Assembly: GCA_002633005.1 (NCBI GenBank)
Contig: NMRA01000861.1
Location: 53,589-116,991 of the forward strand
Direction of reading: 5' to 3'
Source: Phoronis australis
Taxonomy: Eukaryota; Animalia; Phoronida
Length of the DNA: 63,403 nucleotides
Shown: positions 50,806 through 63,403 of the stretch, piece after piece
How positions within the stretch are numbered: the first letter of the stretch is position 1
How the letters are laid out: each line of letters starts with the position of its first letter
The notes under the pieces: model-generated
Seen by the model: the letters and a program-made list of their open reading frames with translations, nothing else
The model's database searches: none
Told to the model about the DNA's origin: nothing
Made by a program: the position numbers and the translations under genes

Positions 50806-52726
50806 AGGAGAATGCCACCCGATTTAATTAGTCTTTTTTGCCTTATTAATCGGTCTATATCCGCATCGCCTTGCACTGACACGGTCGACCTTACCTTGCC
50901 AAGAGGTGTCACTTTAACCTGTGAGGAAGTTGAGTACTGACGACAGCGACGTCAGTGGTTCATCTGCAGAGTGAATGCCGCTATGTTGCGGTGTATCTTT
51001 CCCACTTGTGCGAACTGTGCAGCTGCGAGGAAAGCGGGTATATCGTTTTATCGACCTCCTCGAGAGTCCGAAATGTTTAGGAAGTGGATCGCAGTAGTGA
51101 AGAATGAAAAGTACGCTGTAAATAGCAAGTATGAGGCCGTGGAACATCTTGTCTGTGGCCTGCAGTCGTCGACAGCCGCGTGAGTGCCTGATGAATGCCA
51201 GCTTGCCAAATAACTATCCCTACGTTCCGTTGTCTGAGCTTGTTCACGGTGCCTCTTTAGTATTTATTCATCACTGTATTCCTGTTCGAACTGATAGCCT
51301 GTGAAACCTAACGATCCACCTCCGAAGTCTTCGTCGGGACTGATGAGCTCTCGTCCAAGTCGCAGGGGATTGCGAGTTGCCATGTTGACGTTTACTACTG
51401 AGCGTTCTGTTTCAAAATGAATTATTCTCACCCTAAACAATACTTATATAAAACTGAAACAAAGTCTGTCTCATTAGATGCAATTTGTAATGTCTTTGGA
51501 GTGTTTCTGAGTGCAAATGATTTGAGAAGTCAGCAATGAATAAATCACTGCGTTACCCGACTTTAGGTGCAATAAAACTAATTGACGGGACACCGAGGCC
51601 GTGTGAGCTCATGCTAATTTAGTGTTGGATGGCAGTAACTGTTGTGAAACAACTCGATTTCCATCCCACGGCCAGGTGTTAGGGGAATCTTTATTTATAC
51701 TTACATTATACAAATAATGATTGTCAATGTACAACTTCTGCCCTGACCATGCGCGCACCCATGGGGGCTCGAACGAGGGCAAAGTGGCGAAGTGGGCAAA
51801 AAGGTCCGCCGCTGGGAAACAAAAAGTCCGAGAAAATGAGACTAAAGTCCTCTAAATAAGCACAATCGCGTAATTCACAGTGGCGCCCCCGTTTTTTTTT
51901 AGCACACCTGCTTTTTTGTTACCAAAAGGTCCACAACGTCAGAAATTCGAGCCCCCCCATATTGAAGGCTGAGTGCGCGCATGCTGACGGTGCTGTGGAC
52001 AAAGCGGAACCTGAATTCGCGGCCCCGACGAGTAAGTAGATTTGCAGTTTCGTGGCTAATTCACCAACATAATCACGTGCACATTACTTTGGCTCACTAG
52101 TATAGTATTTTCCTGACTAGTTTAGTTTCCAACTTTGGCTGGTTTATGTTCGTGATGTATGATCAGTTTCCGAGCCAGTGGTTGGGATAACAAATCAATC
52201 CGGCCGGCCGCGACGGGCCTGATCGAGCTCTGAGCCACTGGCCAGGATAACGTGTTTAGAACTCAAAAAATCACAGTTCTAAACAACACGGACTAGGTTC
52301 TCCTGTCTGTATCTCACGGAAAAATACTTCGAATTTATCTCCGAACAGACCCCAAACTCCTGCTACGGACCTTATTGGCCTGCCGAGCTGTTGTAGGCTA
52401 CGGCCGTGTCCAATTACCAATAAATCCGTAACAGCGAAATAAAACAACACGTTTTTATCAGAACTCGGTGTATTTTTAAGGGTTTTACATCGAAGTTTGA
52501 TGATTTATTGGTGTAAAACGATGAATTCAAGCGATAAGGTGACACCAGTACCCGTGTTGTGAACTGCTGAACAGACTGCGTGTGAAACCAATTACGTCAT
52601 TGGATAATTTCAACACCTCAGTCTGATGTCAGGTGTCAGGTAACGCAACCGTACGTGCCGTTATGGAGTAGAGCTACTCGATCTAAACTGATACAAATTA
52701 GGTTGTTTTTTGGGTGGCATGCTCCT
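50806..52726 (+). mobile_element. Kolobok family A complete non-autonomous copy nested in the 7.35 kb element
   Basis: TTAA-AGGAGAATGCCACCC ... GGGTGGCATGCTCCT-GTAA; THAP remnant 50971-51183. Confidence 0.85.
51748..51983. mobile_element. 236 bp MITE with a 5-bp TSD
   Basis: TIR CATGCGCGCAC; CTGAC duplicated; single CTGAC at the empty paralogous site (~27580). Confidence 0.85.
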
Positions 52727-55700
52727 GTAATACGCTCCGCAAAATTTTTGCTTTACAAATTTTCTCAAATTTTAGAAATACATGCATGAATGATTCAGTG
52801 CACATTGTCAAGAGCGCTTAGACGACCTATGCTGCAAAAAGGGAGACCCTAACAACAATTGTCCTGGTCAGGGCCTTCAAATGGTAAACCATACACCGAT
52901 ACTGAGTTGTCAAAGTTATCTTGAGTTTTCTCTCTGATCAGTATTTGAAGTCTTTCTTTTTTGTCTTTCCCCAGCCGCACACCTTTGTCGGTTGCCATGG
53001 TTTAACCCTGAGGCATGCAATTTTTTTAGGGTGGCACTCGCCCTCCCCCTGCTTACTAAGGTCCTGGTGCAAGGAGTCCATCTTTGGTCCAAGGTCAATG
53101 TTGTGTTTCAACACGCACTCGTTGTATAGCTTGAGCATTAAATTAAAGGTTTAAGAAATACAGGAGCAGTGTTGCGCATTTAATTGTGCGTGTAAAAGGG
53201 TTTATGGATTCGTACTGAATTTGTTGCTGCAACTTAACTCTTGGGCTTGTACCTGGCACGTGACCACAAATGTGGACACTAATTCTGCTATTGCGCAAGT
53301 CGACTGTAGCAAGGTGGCCAGTGAAAATGTAAGGCAGCACCTGGCCAGTGGGTGTGTGTGACAACTCGGATTTCTAGTCTCTTATTATGAAATCATTGAA
53401 GGCAGTTATCAGCACCTGCAAACAAGAATTTTGAAGTATAGAGAATTTCAACAGGAGTTAGCTGTAGACTTAGTCGCAAAGCTGCCGACATTCCAGCCAC
53501 GGTTACTGCCAATCCTTCGAAGCAATTATAGCACATATATACGAATTTTTAAGAATGGCAAGGGTGCGTTTTGTGTTGACGGAAATGTCCATGGCGTCGA
53601 GGAATCTGAGGCATTTAATGATGAACAACTGTTGTGGCTTAATTTGGAAAAACACTTAGCAAAACTAACTTCCAGGTATGCATACTGTGGTGGAATTAAG
53701 AAATGCGATTATGGCAGTGCTAATTGTAGCAGAGCCACAAAGTGTGCTAAAATGGTAGAAAATTAGGCACAACATTTCTGTAGCAGATTAAAAGTTGATT
53801 GGCGCAGGAGAAGGCCGATGTCTTCAATGCTCAGAGACTTTCGGCAGGCAAGAGACTTGCCAAGAAAATGGTGCAGTTGAGTCCATGCATTCTAAAGGAA
53901 CGAACTGCAGCCAATTCCAGTTATTCGGTGCAACTTCTCTCACCCGATGGCGTTGTTTCACGATATCGCAACCTCAAACAATGTCAAAGAAACGAAACGC
54001 GGAGGGTGAGATATTACAGGGTATTAATATTTATTATTGGATACAGGTGTCCACCTCAAAACGAATTTCCCACGGTCATTCTTTATGCCGATGGCAATGT
54101 TTTCGTCAACTGAAGAAGAACAGGAATCATAGACAACCCGCGCTCTCCGTCTATGGTTCTGACACTTCAAACTTTTGTCAACACGATAAGTAACCGCAGA
54201 AAGTTTGATGTTGACCTCATTCTAATCTTCTCTGCAATCCACTGTCAGGGGACGAAAACAATTCAAAGTCCGCTCCTCGAAATAGGGCTTGCTTAGCTGG
54301 AATTCAGAACTGCGGTCATGAGAGTGTTTTCACCTCCTGATTGCGAAACGATCGAGTTCGCTGTGATATCTTCATCAGCGCGTGCTCTCAGCGGGAGGTC
54401 ACCGCTTTATTCACTCAAGGGCTTGACCAAGAATTGACGAGAGTCTCAGAACTCCCACATGCAAATTTGATATGCAAATGAGGGAGTACTTGACTGCTGC
54501 GCCATCTATACATCGACGGAAAAGCTTAAATACCCGTGACTGCGTGCGGGAAGTTGCGATTGCGTGCGCTGAAGTCGATATTTTCAAAGTACAATTACAC
54601 CACTGTTTAAGGTTGCAAGTGAGTTTTTTGATATCCTTCTATAGAAAAAGCTTTAAAGTCCTTGTCTCACGCGTTGTTAACCCTTATTACATGGTTAGAA
54701 GATGTTATAAGGATCCAAGAAGTACCTACCCCATAACTAATACACGATCCGTACTCGAAAACAGTTTAAATGAACGCGCCACTCACGATTCGCACCCGAA
54801 GAAACACCGCCATTTTGAACTTGCCGCGAACCCGGAAGTACAATTCATTCAGGAACCCACGCCGAGAAAACGCCGTCGGTGCGACTGGAGCAGTGCCTGT
54901 ACTGTTACCAGCCAGCAAATGGGGATAAAAAAAATCGACAGCGCGCCTTAATTTTGATAAAATCAAACTACGGACAATTTTATGGAATTTGCTGAAGAAA
55001 TGTGGCGAATAAATTTTGACAAAAACTATTTTGCTAGACTCGGGACCGCAGCCTATCGGACCCGGTGCGGATCGAGACCAGACACTGGCAAACGGTAAAT
55101 GCATGCGGTTGCAAGCTGTTTTGTCGAAGTAAAATGGTCAAATGATAAATGCTGCATATATTCAAGGGTAGTTTCATACACTTGCATGAAATTGCGGGCT
55201 GGTTAGTCCTGTGTCACACTGCCGCGGCAGACCTTAGTTAGCCTCAGTCACCAGCTACCAGTGAAGACTATAGTCAAAATACAGCTTGTTAGTAGGCCTA
55301 TACAGTCTCCCGTTCAGTAGCGCTAGGACCTCGCAAAGAAGCAAGACTTCGCGAGATTACGTGAGATATTGCCGTGTATTTTAAATGAGAACATGTGACT
55401 TTGACTAGGATTTTGCAAGGTCCTAGCGTAGGTCCTGGCGTCTACTGAACGCACGCCAGCTTTGCGCCAAGACTACCCTTAGGCCAACTGGTCGCTGGCC
55501 ACAAACACAAAAAACACTAAAATTGAACAAAGTTTCTTTTTTGTAGCAACGTTTGTCAAAATGTATCAACGTTAAATCTTCACAAATTACAAAGTAGCCG
55601 ATTGAACATGCCTTTCAGTTCAGCAAAAGTCGACATTGCAGGTGCCGCCAGAAATGAGACGAAGTCCAACGGGAATGTGAGCACATTTATCTCTTAATGA

Positions 55701-58700
55701 GTAACAACTGCGAGTCTGAAATTTGGTGAACACTGTTGAATCGTGCAGGATAGTAAGTAAAGATATGTCTAACTAAATTTCACCGTAATTTGTTTGCGAA
55801 AACAATTTACACAAAGTTTTAAACTCGTAACTTATCCCGCTGTCCTCCAATATGGCCGACGCGATCCAAACAAAGTGACCCAAATTTCGCCACAAAACTT
55901 GCAATAACTTTACAGTGCTTGCCCCGATTTTGATACTTTTTCGATTTTTACTGAGTAGAATGTACTACCTTTCCGATGATAGCAAAGTACTTTTTCAAAA
56001 CGAGGAAAAAAATAAAACCGAAAAAAAATTGGTTCGACCCATATTGGTTCCTAGGTTCGACCCGCCTACGTAAGGAACTAAACACCAATGCTATTTTAAC
56101 ATACTAAGTACGCGTAACATTCCAAAAAAATCAACGACCACTAACTACAAACTATAAATACACTACATATGCAAACGAATCACGATATATTACTAATAAA
56201 ACAAAATAATGAAGACTTTTCGAGCAAGCCATAGCACATTCAGTTACAAGGAAAAAATGGCGGCGTTCAGGACAAGTTCCTGAACTGATGAGCCGGAAAT
56301 GTGGGTACGGAAATAACCGATGACAACCGGTAATCATACGCTCAGAGAGAAGGGTCAAATACTGTTAAAAAATCGCTTTTGGCAAGAAAGGCGAAAAGAA
56401 TATAAAGAAAGGGTGTCGAAAATAAGAATTTATGTAGTAAGTATTTTCGGATACTAGAACCACATGGGCAGTTTGCAACAAGGACTTTAATCTCTCTGAT
56501 AAAATCATCTGTTTCCTTTTAAACGAAACTTAAGTCCTGAAATTAGTCCAGGGAAGGAGGCCAAAAACGGGGGTTTACCTAGTTGTCCCTTCCTGGTTAT
56601 CTCTTCCTGCTACTATACAGGAAAAAATCCCCTTGTTCCAAGATTAGAATTTTGTCTCGTACCTCTTTTTTCAAAGCCAGAACATGTCCTCGCCAATCAA
56701 CCAAAGAGCAGTTTGCCTGCAGGCGAGTGTTTAAACCATTAAGAAGGCGTTTTCCTGTTGCTCCCAACTTGTTCGATTCTGTAGCCCAACAACAAGTTGG
56801 GAAGTTCACCCCTGAGGCAGGGACTCATCTAGCGGCCGTCATTGGGACGGCACTTTTAAAAAAATGACGGCTTTGGACGGCACGGCCAAGACGGAAAAAA
56901 GACAGCCTGTTCTAAGACAACCTCGGCGAAAATGAAGGCTAAACGAAGACTTTTAACATTTATTATTTATAAATTTTATTGAAATCTACAATTCATTGTT
57001 TAAGTTCACTAAGTATTAACAAATAACTCGACATTAGAAACATATGCGACCTATTTTTACTATAAATTCACAATGACGATCGGCAAATACTGGCAGCCAT
57101 CTTTGGGGAATACTTTCCTGTTCTGTGACGTCAAGGTGATTTCATACGGAATCCCCGTACGGCTGAAATATTGCATCCAGCGCTGACTAGCTTCACATAC
57201 ATGGACACTTAATCTTTGAAATTGAAGAACGCACACCCGAAGTTCAAAGAATTTGCCGATAAAACTTAGCACAAACTTCCTTAATTTTTTCGCGTAGTTC
57301 CGTTGCAACTTGAACGAATGAATGAAAAAATATAAAAAAATCCTCACGGCCGAACGACGTATATTGATGCGCGGGAATGCAGTGCAAAATGTGGTATGTT
57401 ATGTTAGTTACGTATTCAATGAACTTAGCATGAAAGTAAAAGCCTCGAAATACTTCAACTTTTTGTGGAATTCCATGATTATTGGTCGATTTTAGTTTAT
57501 CCTCTGTGTGTGTTTCCGTGTGCCGTATATGGAAAAAGTGGGTCAGCCAGTCACGTGCACAGCACCTGTTACTTCGGCCGTGAACCAGGCTGGGATTTGG
57601 CTCTTAAAACTGTGAGAAAAGAATGGTTCTTTTTAAGAATATATTTCTTGTAGCGTACTATGAAAGACTGTGATTGACTTTCGACCTGGTAAGTTTCAAT
57701 TGAGTAAAGCGTCCACTTATAATGCACTGCAGAAGACGTTAACAACTACGATGTCCCTGGCGACCACTGGCAACGCTCGTAGCCAAACGACTTGAAATTT
57801 GCGAGTAAAGCGCTCGGAAAAATGTTTAGAAAATGTAAAAATACGAGCACCAAATTCAAACACGTAGTTTTGACATTTTTTTTTGTCACGATCTTTTACG
57901 AAGTCAAGTCCGGGTAAACAAGCGCGAGTGCACGTATGCTATCACTCTTATTTTCCAGCGGAGATTTTCGCTGATGTTGAGCAACTGGTGGTCCTGACTT
58001 GTGATTGACCAGAACTGGTTCTTATATCTGATTCACCCCTATACGCAGTTTAAGCTTTCTTATATGTGATTATAATTTGGGCACTACTTCAGCGTTTTAC
58101 TGCATCCACTATATTTTCCTTGTGTGGCATTTATTTTTCTAAGTGGCTTGACAGATTCTGGTGAAACTTCACAGTATTTATTACTTGGCGAAATAAATTT
58201 TGCCGAAATAAATTTTGCCAAGTATGTTGCTCTTCCATCAATTTTTTTTTGTTCGCATGACGCAATTTTCGTCCGATCATCACGAAATTTACAAATAACA
58301 CATAGTTTTGGTAGTACTGGAAGCCTATTGTTTTTCGTCATAATCGGATCCAAGATGGCGCATGTGGTGGCCATTTTATTTTCATTTTAAGATTCAAATG
58401 CTTCTGGAGGTTACAATCTTTTACATACAGGGCTTGAAACGCGGCACAATTATTGGACCAGACGTGTGCTACATGTATACCGGAAATTGTTCACTTCCAG
58501 TTAAAGATGGCGGAAATATCGGCAATCGCGCATGCACACCTGGATTTTGGGAAAAAACATTTTCTCCTGTAGAGGGCGCATTATTGGGCCAATTCCTTTG
58601 AATTTTTGCAGGTATTAGTTTCTTATGACATGGTATTATACAAAGCCAAAAAAAACAGAAGTTGTTCTCAAGATGGCAGATCCGGCGCATGTTGACCTTT

Positions 58701-58747
58701 TTTCAGTCGTGCTGGGGTTCCATTTAAACAGGAAGAGGAAATGACAT

Positions 58748-61237
58748 CAGGGTTCGACATAACGAGCTGCAGGTCGCATTTGCGACCTGAACTTTGGAAA
58801 TGCGAGCTGAGATTTTTGTCAGCTCGTATCAAGTCGCAAAATGCGACCTGGAATTTCCAACAAATGCGAGCTGAGTTTTTACACTTCTCGGCAGATACCT
58901 GGCAAATATAAAGCAACTACAGTATTGGTAATCCGACCATTACTTGGTTGTTGCCAAATCCAAGTTCAAAAGACCACTAACTGAGAAAAGTCCCCCGATG
59001 ACTTGTAAGCAAGTCGCTTGACCATAGCATATGCAGAATCGATATTTGACGCGTTTCATTGGCTAACATTTTCAGCCACTTTTGCAAATTTCCGGATTTG
59101 CCGAAGAAAGTTTCGGGCCACATAACACGTCATAAAACTTCACAAAACAGTGGTGTTTCTATTAATTCTTAAGCGATCAACTTATCAAACTTTGTGGTGG
59201 ACAAATATGTTTGTTTTTCGCTTAAGATGTCCTTATTACCTTTACCAAATAGCCACGACAACATCCCTGATATCGCACTGCGGCACTGGTCGGTCTCGTT
59301 GTTAGCGTGCAAGCGGTCCCGGCAAGACAATCGTGACTTAGATATGTGCGCCTCGTTTTTATCCCATAAGACAGCCAAAGTGAAAATGACAGCCTATTAA
59401 TCCCCAAACGACGATCAAATCTTTACTTTCAGTTGCCAAGAAATTCTCAAACCCCATTACTTGTTTCTGGGGCTACGTGCGCGAAATATGATTCGTCTTT
59501 CACACGTTGTTGCCAACGTAAAGTGTAGGCCTATTCCAGCGATTCAAGTGCGTGAACTCACGCGTGCGCACCGTTTCAAAGCTGCACACCAAAAGAGAAC
59601 AGCGGCAGTCCTAAATGAAAGAGTATACCGGCTTGGCTCTGTTAAGCACCCGGGTGCCAATGGTTTATTTGAAAATGAACTCATAGATTTCCGGCGGTTA
59701 TAAAAGACCTGATGCTTTACGATATTCCCCGGAACGGATGTAACCCAGAAGTGATATTTTCCGGTTCCGATGTTTTCGAGGTCGATGTTCTCTAAATCCT
59801 ATATTCTATGCCCGTAGCCAGCTATTACAACTAAACGGGTACTAGATGTGAAATTATGGTTAGCGAACTTTTTCTTCTCTTCATACACCTCCCCCGCCCT
59901 CTCCCCACTCCCCGGCAACTTTTCGCTCCCCGGACCACCGCCGCCGTAAAAATGCTCAGACTCCAATAAAAATAATCATGTTCCAGCTGAAGCGGGGAAT
60001 TAAAAACAAAATTATTCCGGGTGGCTAAAAAGGGTACAGTGTAGATGGTAACGATATGCAGAAAGTCACCCCTAATAGATGGAGTTTGCCTCGCAAAATC
60101 GTATTATTATAACGTTTCTTACCATTGTAGTCTTTTAATATCTTATTACCGCAAACACTCGGGTTAACGACTGTGCTAACGCACAAGCCTACTCCCTATC
60201 TTTGAAGTGTTTCACAATAAGCGCTCACTGATCTACTAAGCGTTCCCCCTCAACTTTTGAGAATTTCCAATTAAGCGCCCACAGTTTAGGCTAGCGCCCA
60301 TCATATCGCACTACAAACGACCGAGCATGGTTTAAAATTGACTCGCAGCCTATATGGTGTGTCACTGTCATTTTACACAACAATTCCGTTTTCAAAAAAC
60401 GTCTTTTCTCAATATGTAAAAAACAAATTCCGGCTTTGTTTTATACCTCCGAAAGAAAGTTAACTCTAGTGACATGCGTGTCGTTTTATGACTGACCTAT
60501 TTTTCCCGTACCTGGAAGGTATTGAGCAAACTTGCCATTACCAGATGGAAACTCGCACGGAGGGAGTCGGGAATTATTTGGAGTCTATTCACTTCATGGA
60601 AAACTAATTTTTGAGTACGTAAACAGCATAAGTACCACATTTTTGTTGTGAAATTTGCACTGAATTGTTTATTCGGTTAAAGCATCGTTTCTTGGACTTT
60701 TTTTCGACAGGCGTTTTTCAAGCATGAGTTAAGTTGCAAAATTTGGGCTGCGAACAAAAAGCGGAGGGAATTTGCCCTCGGAGTTAGTTTGAATCGTTAA
60801 CGACTTTGATGACAGCCAGTAGCAGGTGAGACCTAGCAAAATCCCGGATACTTTTTCAACGGGCATTTTCTCCCTTTTCAAATCGCAAACTTAGCTACTC
60901 AAATGCACGTGTCAGTTAGAGAGAACTAATTCAACTTTCACTTCGGGAACTTGACTTGCGCTCTAGAGACTTTCAATGGCGGTCGTGAAGAACAGTAACG
61001 CCGTACCTATGAACAAAGTCAGTTTTGGGATCTGAAATTTGTGAGTATGTAACGCGACAGGAAAGAGCATAATCTAAGCATTTTATCGATGATCTAAAAT
61101 CAATTTTGGCGCGTAAAATGTCGGGAAAATTTTGCGACCTGTCATTTATGAATGCTAGCTGGATTTTGGAAATGCGACCTGGGATTCTGGCTAGGTCGCA
61201 AAATGCGACCTGGCGATTTTAATAGCGTCGAGCCCTG
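58748..61237 (+). mobile_element. Non-autonomous TIR element, longer copy of the 5224-7410 family
   Basis: CAGGGTTCGAC...GTCGAGCCCTG; TSD GACAT; GCGACCTG subterminal repeats. Confidence 0.85.
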
Positions 61238-61244
61238 GACATGA

Positions 61245-62383
61245 AGTTTTGCATGTGGATTCTCTGAGGTATATTCTTTCAAATGAAATGTTACAATTTT
61301 TTTCTCAAACTTACGGTTTTCGAGTTATTTGACTTTTAATTTCGAAAAAAACTCAAAATATCAATTTTTTCAAAAAATTGACAGAATTTGGCGATACCAT
61401 CAACTTAGATAGAGTTTTAAACGGGCTTTCAGAAGATGTTTCCGTTTTTTGCCAGGACGTTTACTTTATGAATTATTTGAGATTTTCTGATTGAGCACTT
61501 TGACTGCGTTGATGTTGGTTTAGCTTCTATTGAATAAGACTGTAGCCTATGTTTTGCTGATTTATGACATCTAAGTGCAATATATGAATGTTATGATGTT
61601 GTTCAGCATCGTCACCATCGTCATCATCTTCGTCGTCGTCTTTTCAGTTAATTTTGCCAAGTGTCGCTCAAGACTGTACTTTCTTTGTTCATCATCTTCA
61701 CCATCGCCGTCATTTTCGTCATCATCACTATCGTCGTCTTTTCTCTTAATTTTGCCAAATGTCGCTCCTCGGAGTGCTTTCATTTTAAATTTGTGGGTGG
61801 GATACACCAGCACCACTTGATTTTTGAACGAATTTAAGTGCTGTGCTATCCCGTTTTCAACAAAATACTGCTTGTCCAAAATTGTCCAAATGGCTTTGTG
61901 TTTTAACGAAACATACCTGACACAGGGGTACATGGCGGAGATGCATCGCTTTTTGTGCAATTTTGACTGCAGTTCGACGAACAGATTTATTTTCTGTCGT
62001 GGCTTGGAATAACGAATCATACTGTAGGGGACCAAAAAGGCAAAAATTGTTACTATTGGACACTAAAATCAAAAAAAACTCAATCTTATGATGCTGCATG
62101 TCCAACGTTAACTCAAGTGCTTCATTTCGTATATTTTATGCCATTTCGTAAATCCGTTTTCAATATAACTTTGTTTTATCTATTTTATCATTTATCGTAA
62201 ACATAGTGCTACTTCATAAATTCAGCGGTGTTTTACATTACATTTCACATATTCAAACCAGTTTAGTAGATTCTGTTCTGTCACTTCAACTGCGTTTCAT
62301 TTATGGTACTAATATAAACACCCCTAAAAGTATATCATTTGCGGTGCTGTCGGCGCATTTCAATGCTCCGCGTTGCTCTTGTT
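61245..62383. repeat. Second Helentron-like family member in opposite orientation, with (GAY)n-rich units; left limit uncertain
   Basis: GGCGCATTTCAATGCTCCGCGTTGCTCTTGTT is the reverse complement of the 10730 end; a related unit recurs inverted at ~63245-63345. Confidence 0.5.
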
Positions 62384-63403
62384 GTATATGAAGTAATTTC
62401 TGGAGTGGAAACAGAAATCCCAGGTAATTTCAATATGTTAACTCCAAAAAATGGACATTCTTATTTCGGGAAATATTTCAATTTGTGCATAGTAAAGTAA
62501 GTGTTTTGGAATTTTTCCATTTATGGCTTTCCTAACTTCTTCAAAATGACCATTCCTGCCTGTTGGCCTGCTGAAGCCAGTTAACTAATGCTTGCACTGC
62601 ATGGTGTTCTGCCATCTAACCAGTGCTTACACAGTATGGTGTTCTGTAACTTGTAATTGGTGCCTATTGTAAAATTACCTCTCCTGTTTATGACAAAGCA
62701 GGCCAAATGACCTCTGTTGTGCAGGTGGTCTGTTCCACTTGGGAGGTCTAATGAAGAACTTGGGAATTATTATCTAACATTTAATATGCCTTGCTTTGAT
62801 GGATATTAGTCATTACTGAACAAGGTTGAATAATTGTTGCTCGCTAACGTTACTTGAGGTCATTCTTATACAGTTTGCTCAATCTAGTTCTGTTGAAGCT
62901 TCGATGTTGTTTAACCAGAAAGTTAAGGTAGGTGGATACACAAAAAAATTAATTTTGACTGTTTTTTACATTTTCATATCATCCTAATCTTTAATTCTTG
63001 ATGCACAGTATACTCAGGAAAAATAAAATCATTCTGAAAATCCAAAGTTGTTTTTTTAGCTATATTTGACCAAGCCTCAGTAAGTCATATGGCTTGAGTG
63101 CTCACCAGCTCAGTGATTGACAACTGGGGCGGAGCTTATATACAGGGACACTAGCTCGAATCTAACCCTGTCAACAAGCATTGCGTAACCGGGCAATCGC
63201 GAGTGATGTACCAGCTGATATTGGTGTTGTAGCAAGACCAAGAATAAAATGAAAGCGCTCCGAGGAGCGAACCTTGGCGAAATTAACCAAAAAGATGACG
63301 ATAAAGATGATGACAAAGATGACGAATATGACGACGATGGTGAAGAAAAGAAGTATTAATAACATACACATGGCGAACGTAGAGGTCCGAAATCAGTAAG
63401 AAA

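Larger units (their letters stand above)
49255..56609. mobile_element. 7.35 kb TIR DNA transposon of uncertain superfamily
   Basis: Perfect 29-bp TIR CAGGAAGAGATAACCAGGAAGGGACAACT; 7-bp TSD CTACTAT (49248-49254, 56610-56616); decayed coding sequence at ~52850-54250. Confidence 0.85.

Noticed and set aside
58084-58374. Transposase N-terminus (LPKLCVICK) in a CAGGG-started region from ~56818
   Set aside because: Too short, with no matching right TIR or further motifs found
61571-62035. 154-aa ORF with a poly-Asp tract
   Set aside because: Produced by (GAY)n-rich repeat units that recur at ~63245-63345

Overview
AT-rich, repeat-dense animal (probably invertebrate) nuclear DNA with spliceosomal introns and one assembly gap (30764-31254). 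The only confidently named host gene is NUBP2/CFD1 (four minus-strand exons, 4702-13137). Three further host loci are inferred only from splice signals. Most of the window is mobile DNA: a ~9.5 kb envelope-bearing Ty3/Gypsy provirus (gag, -1 frameshift, pol, F-type env and an unexplained fourth ORF), a Copia 5' half, an ISL2EU relic, Kolobok, Merlin, Tc1/mariner-like and Helentron-like elements, a CR1/L2 LINE end, a tRNA-SINE and several MITEs. The most unusual observations are (i) a decayed cassette in which a retrotransposon Gag capsid is followed directly by a complete TatD nuclease and a PPT-like tract (13570-15150), (ii) the intact ORF4 after env, (iii) a 7.35 kb TIR element with a 7-bp TSD and weak KDZ-like coding relics, and (iv) CAGG/CATG-ended elements making 5-bp TSDs. 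All family calls are by eye from motifs; no searches were run.
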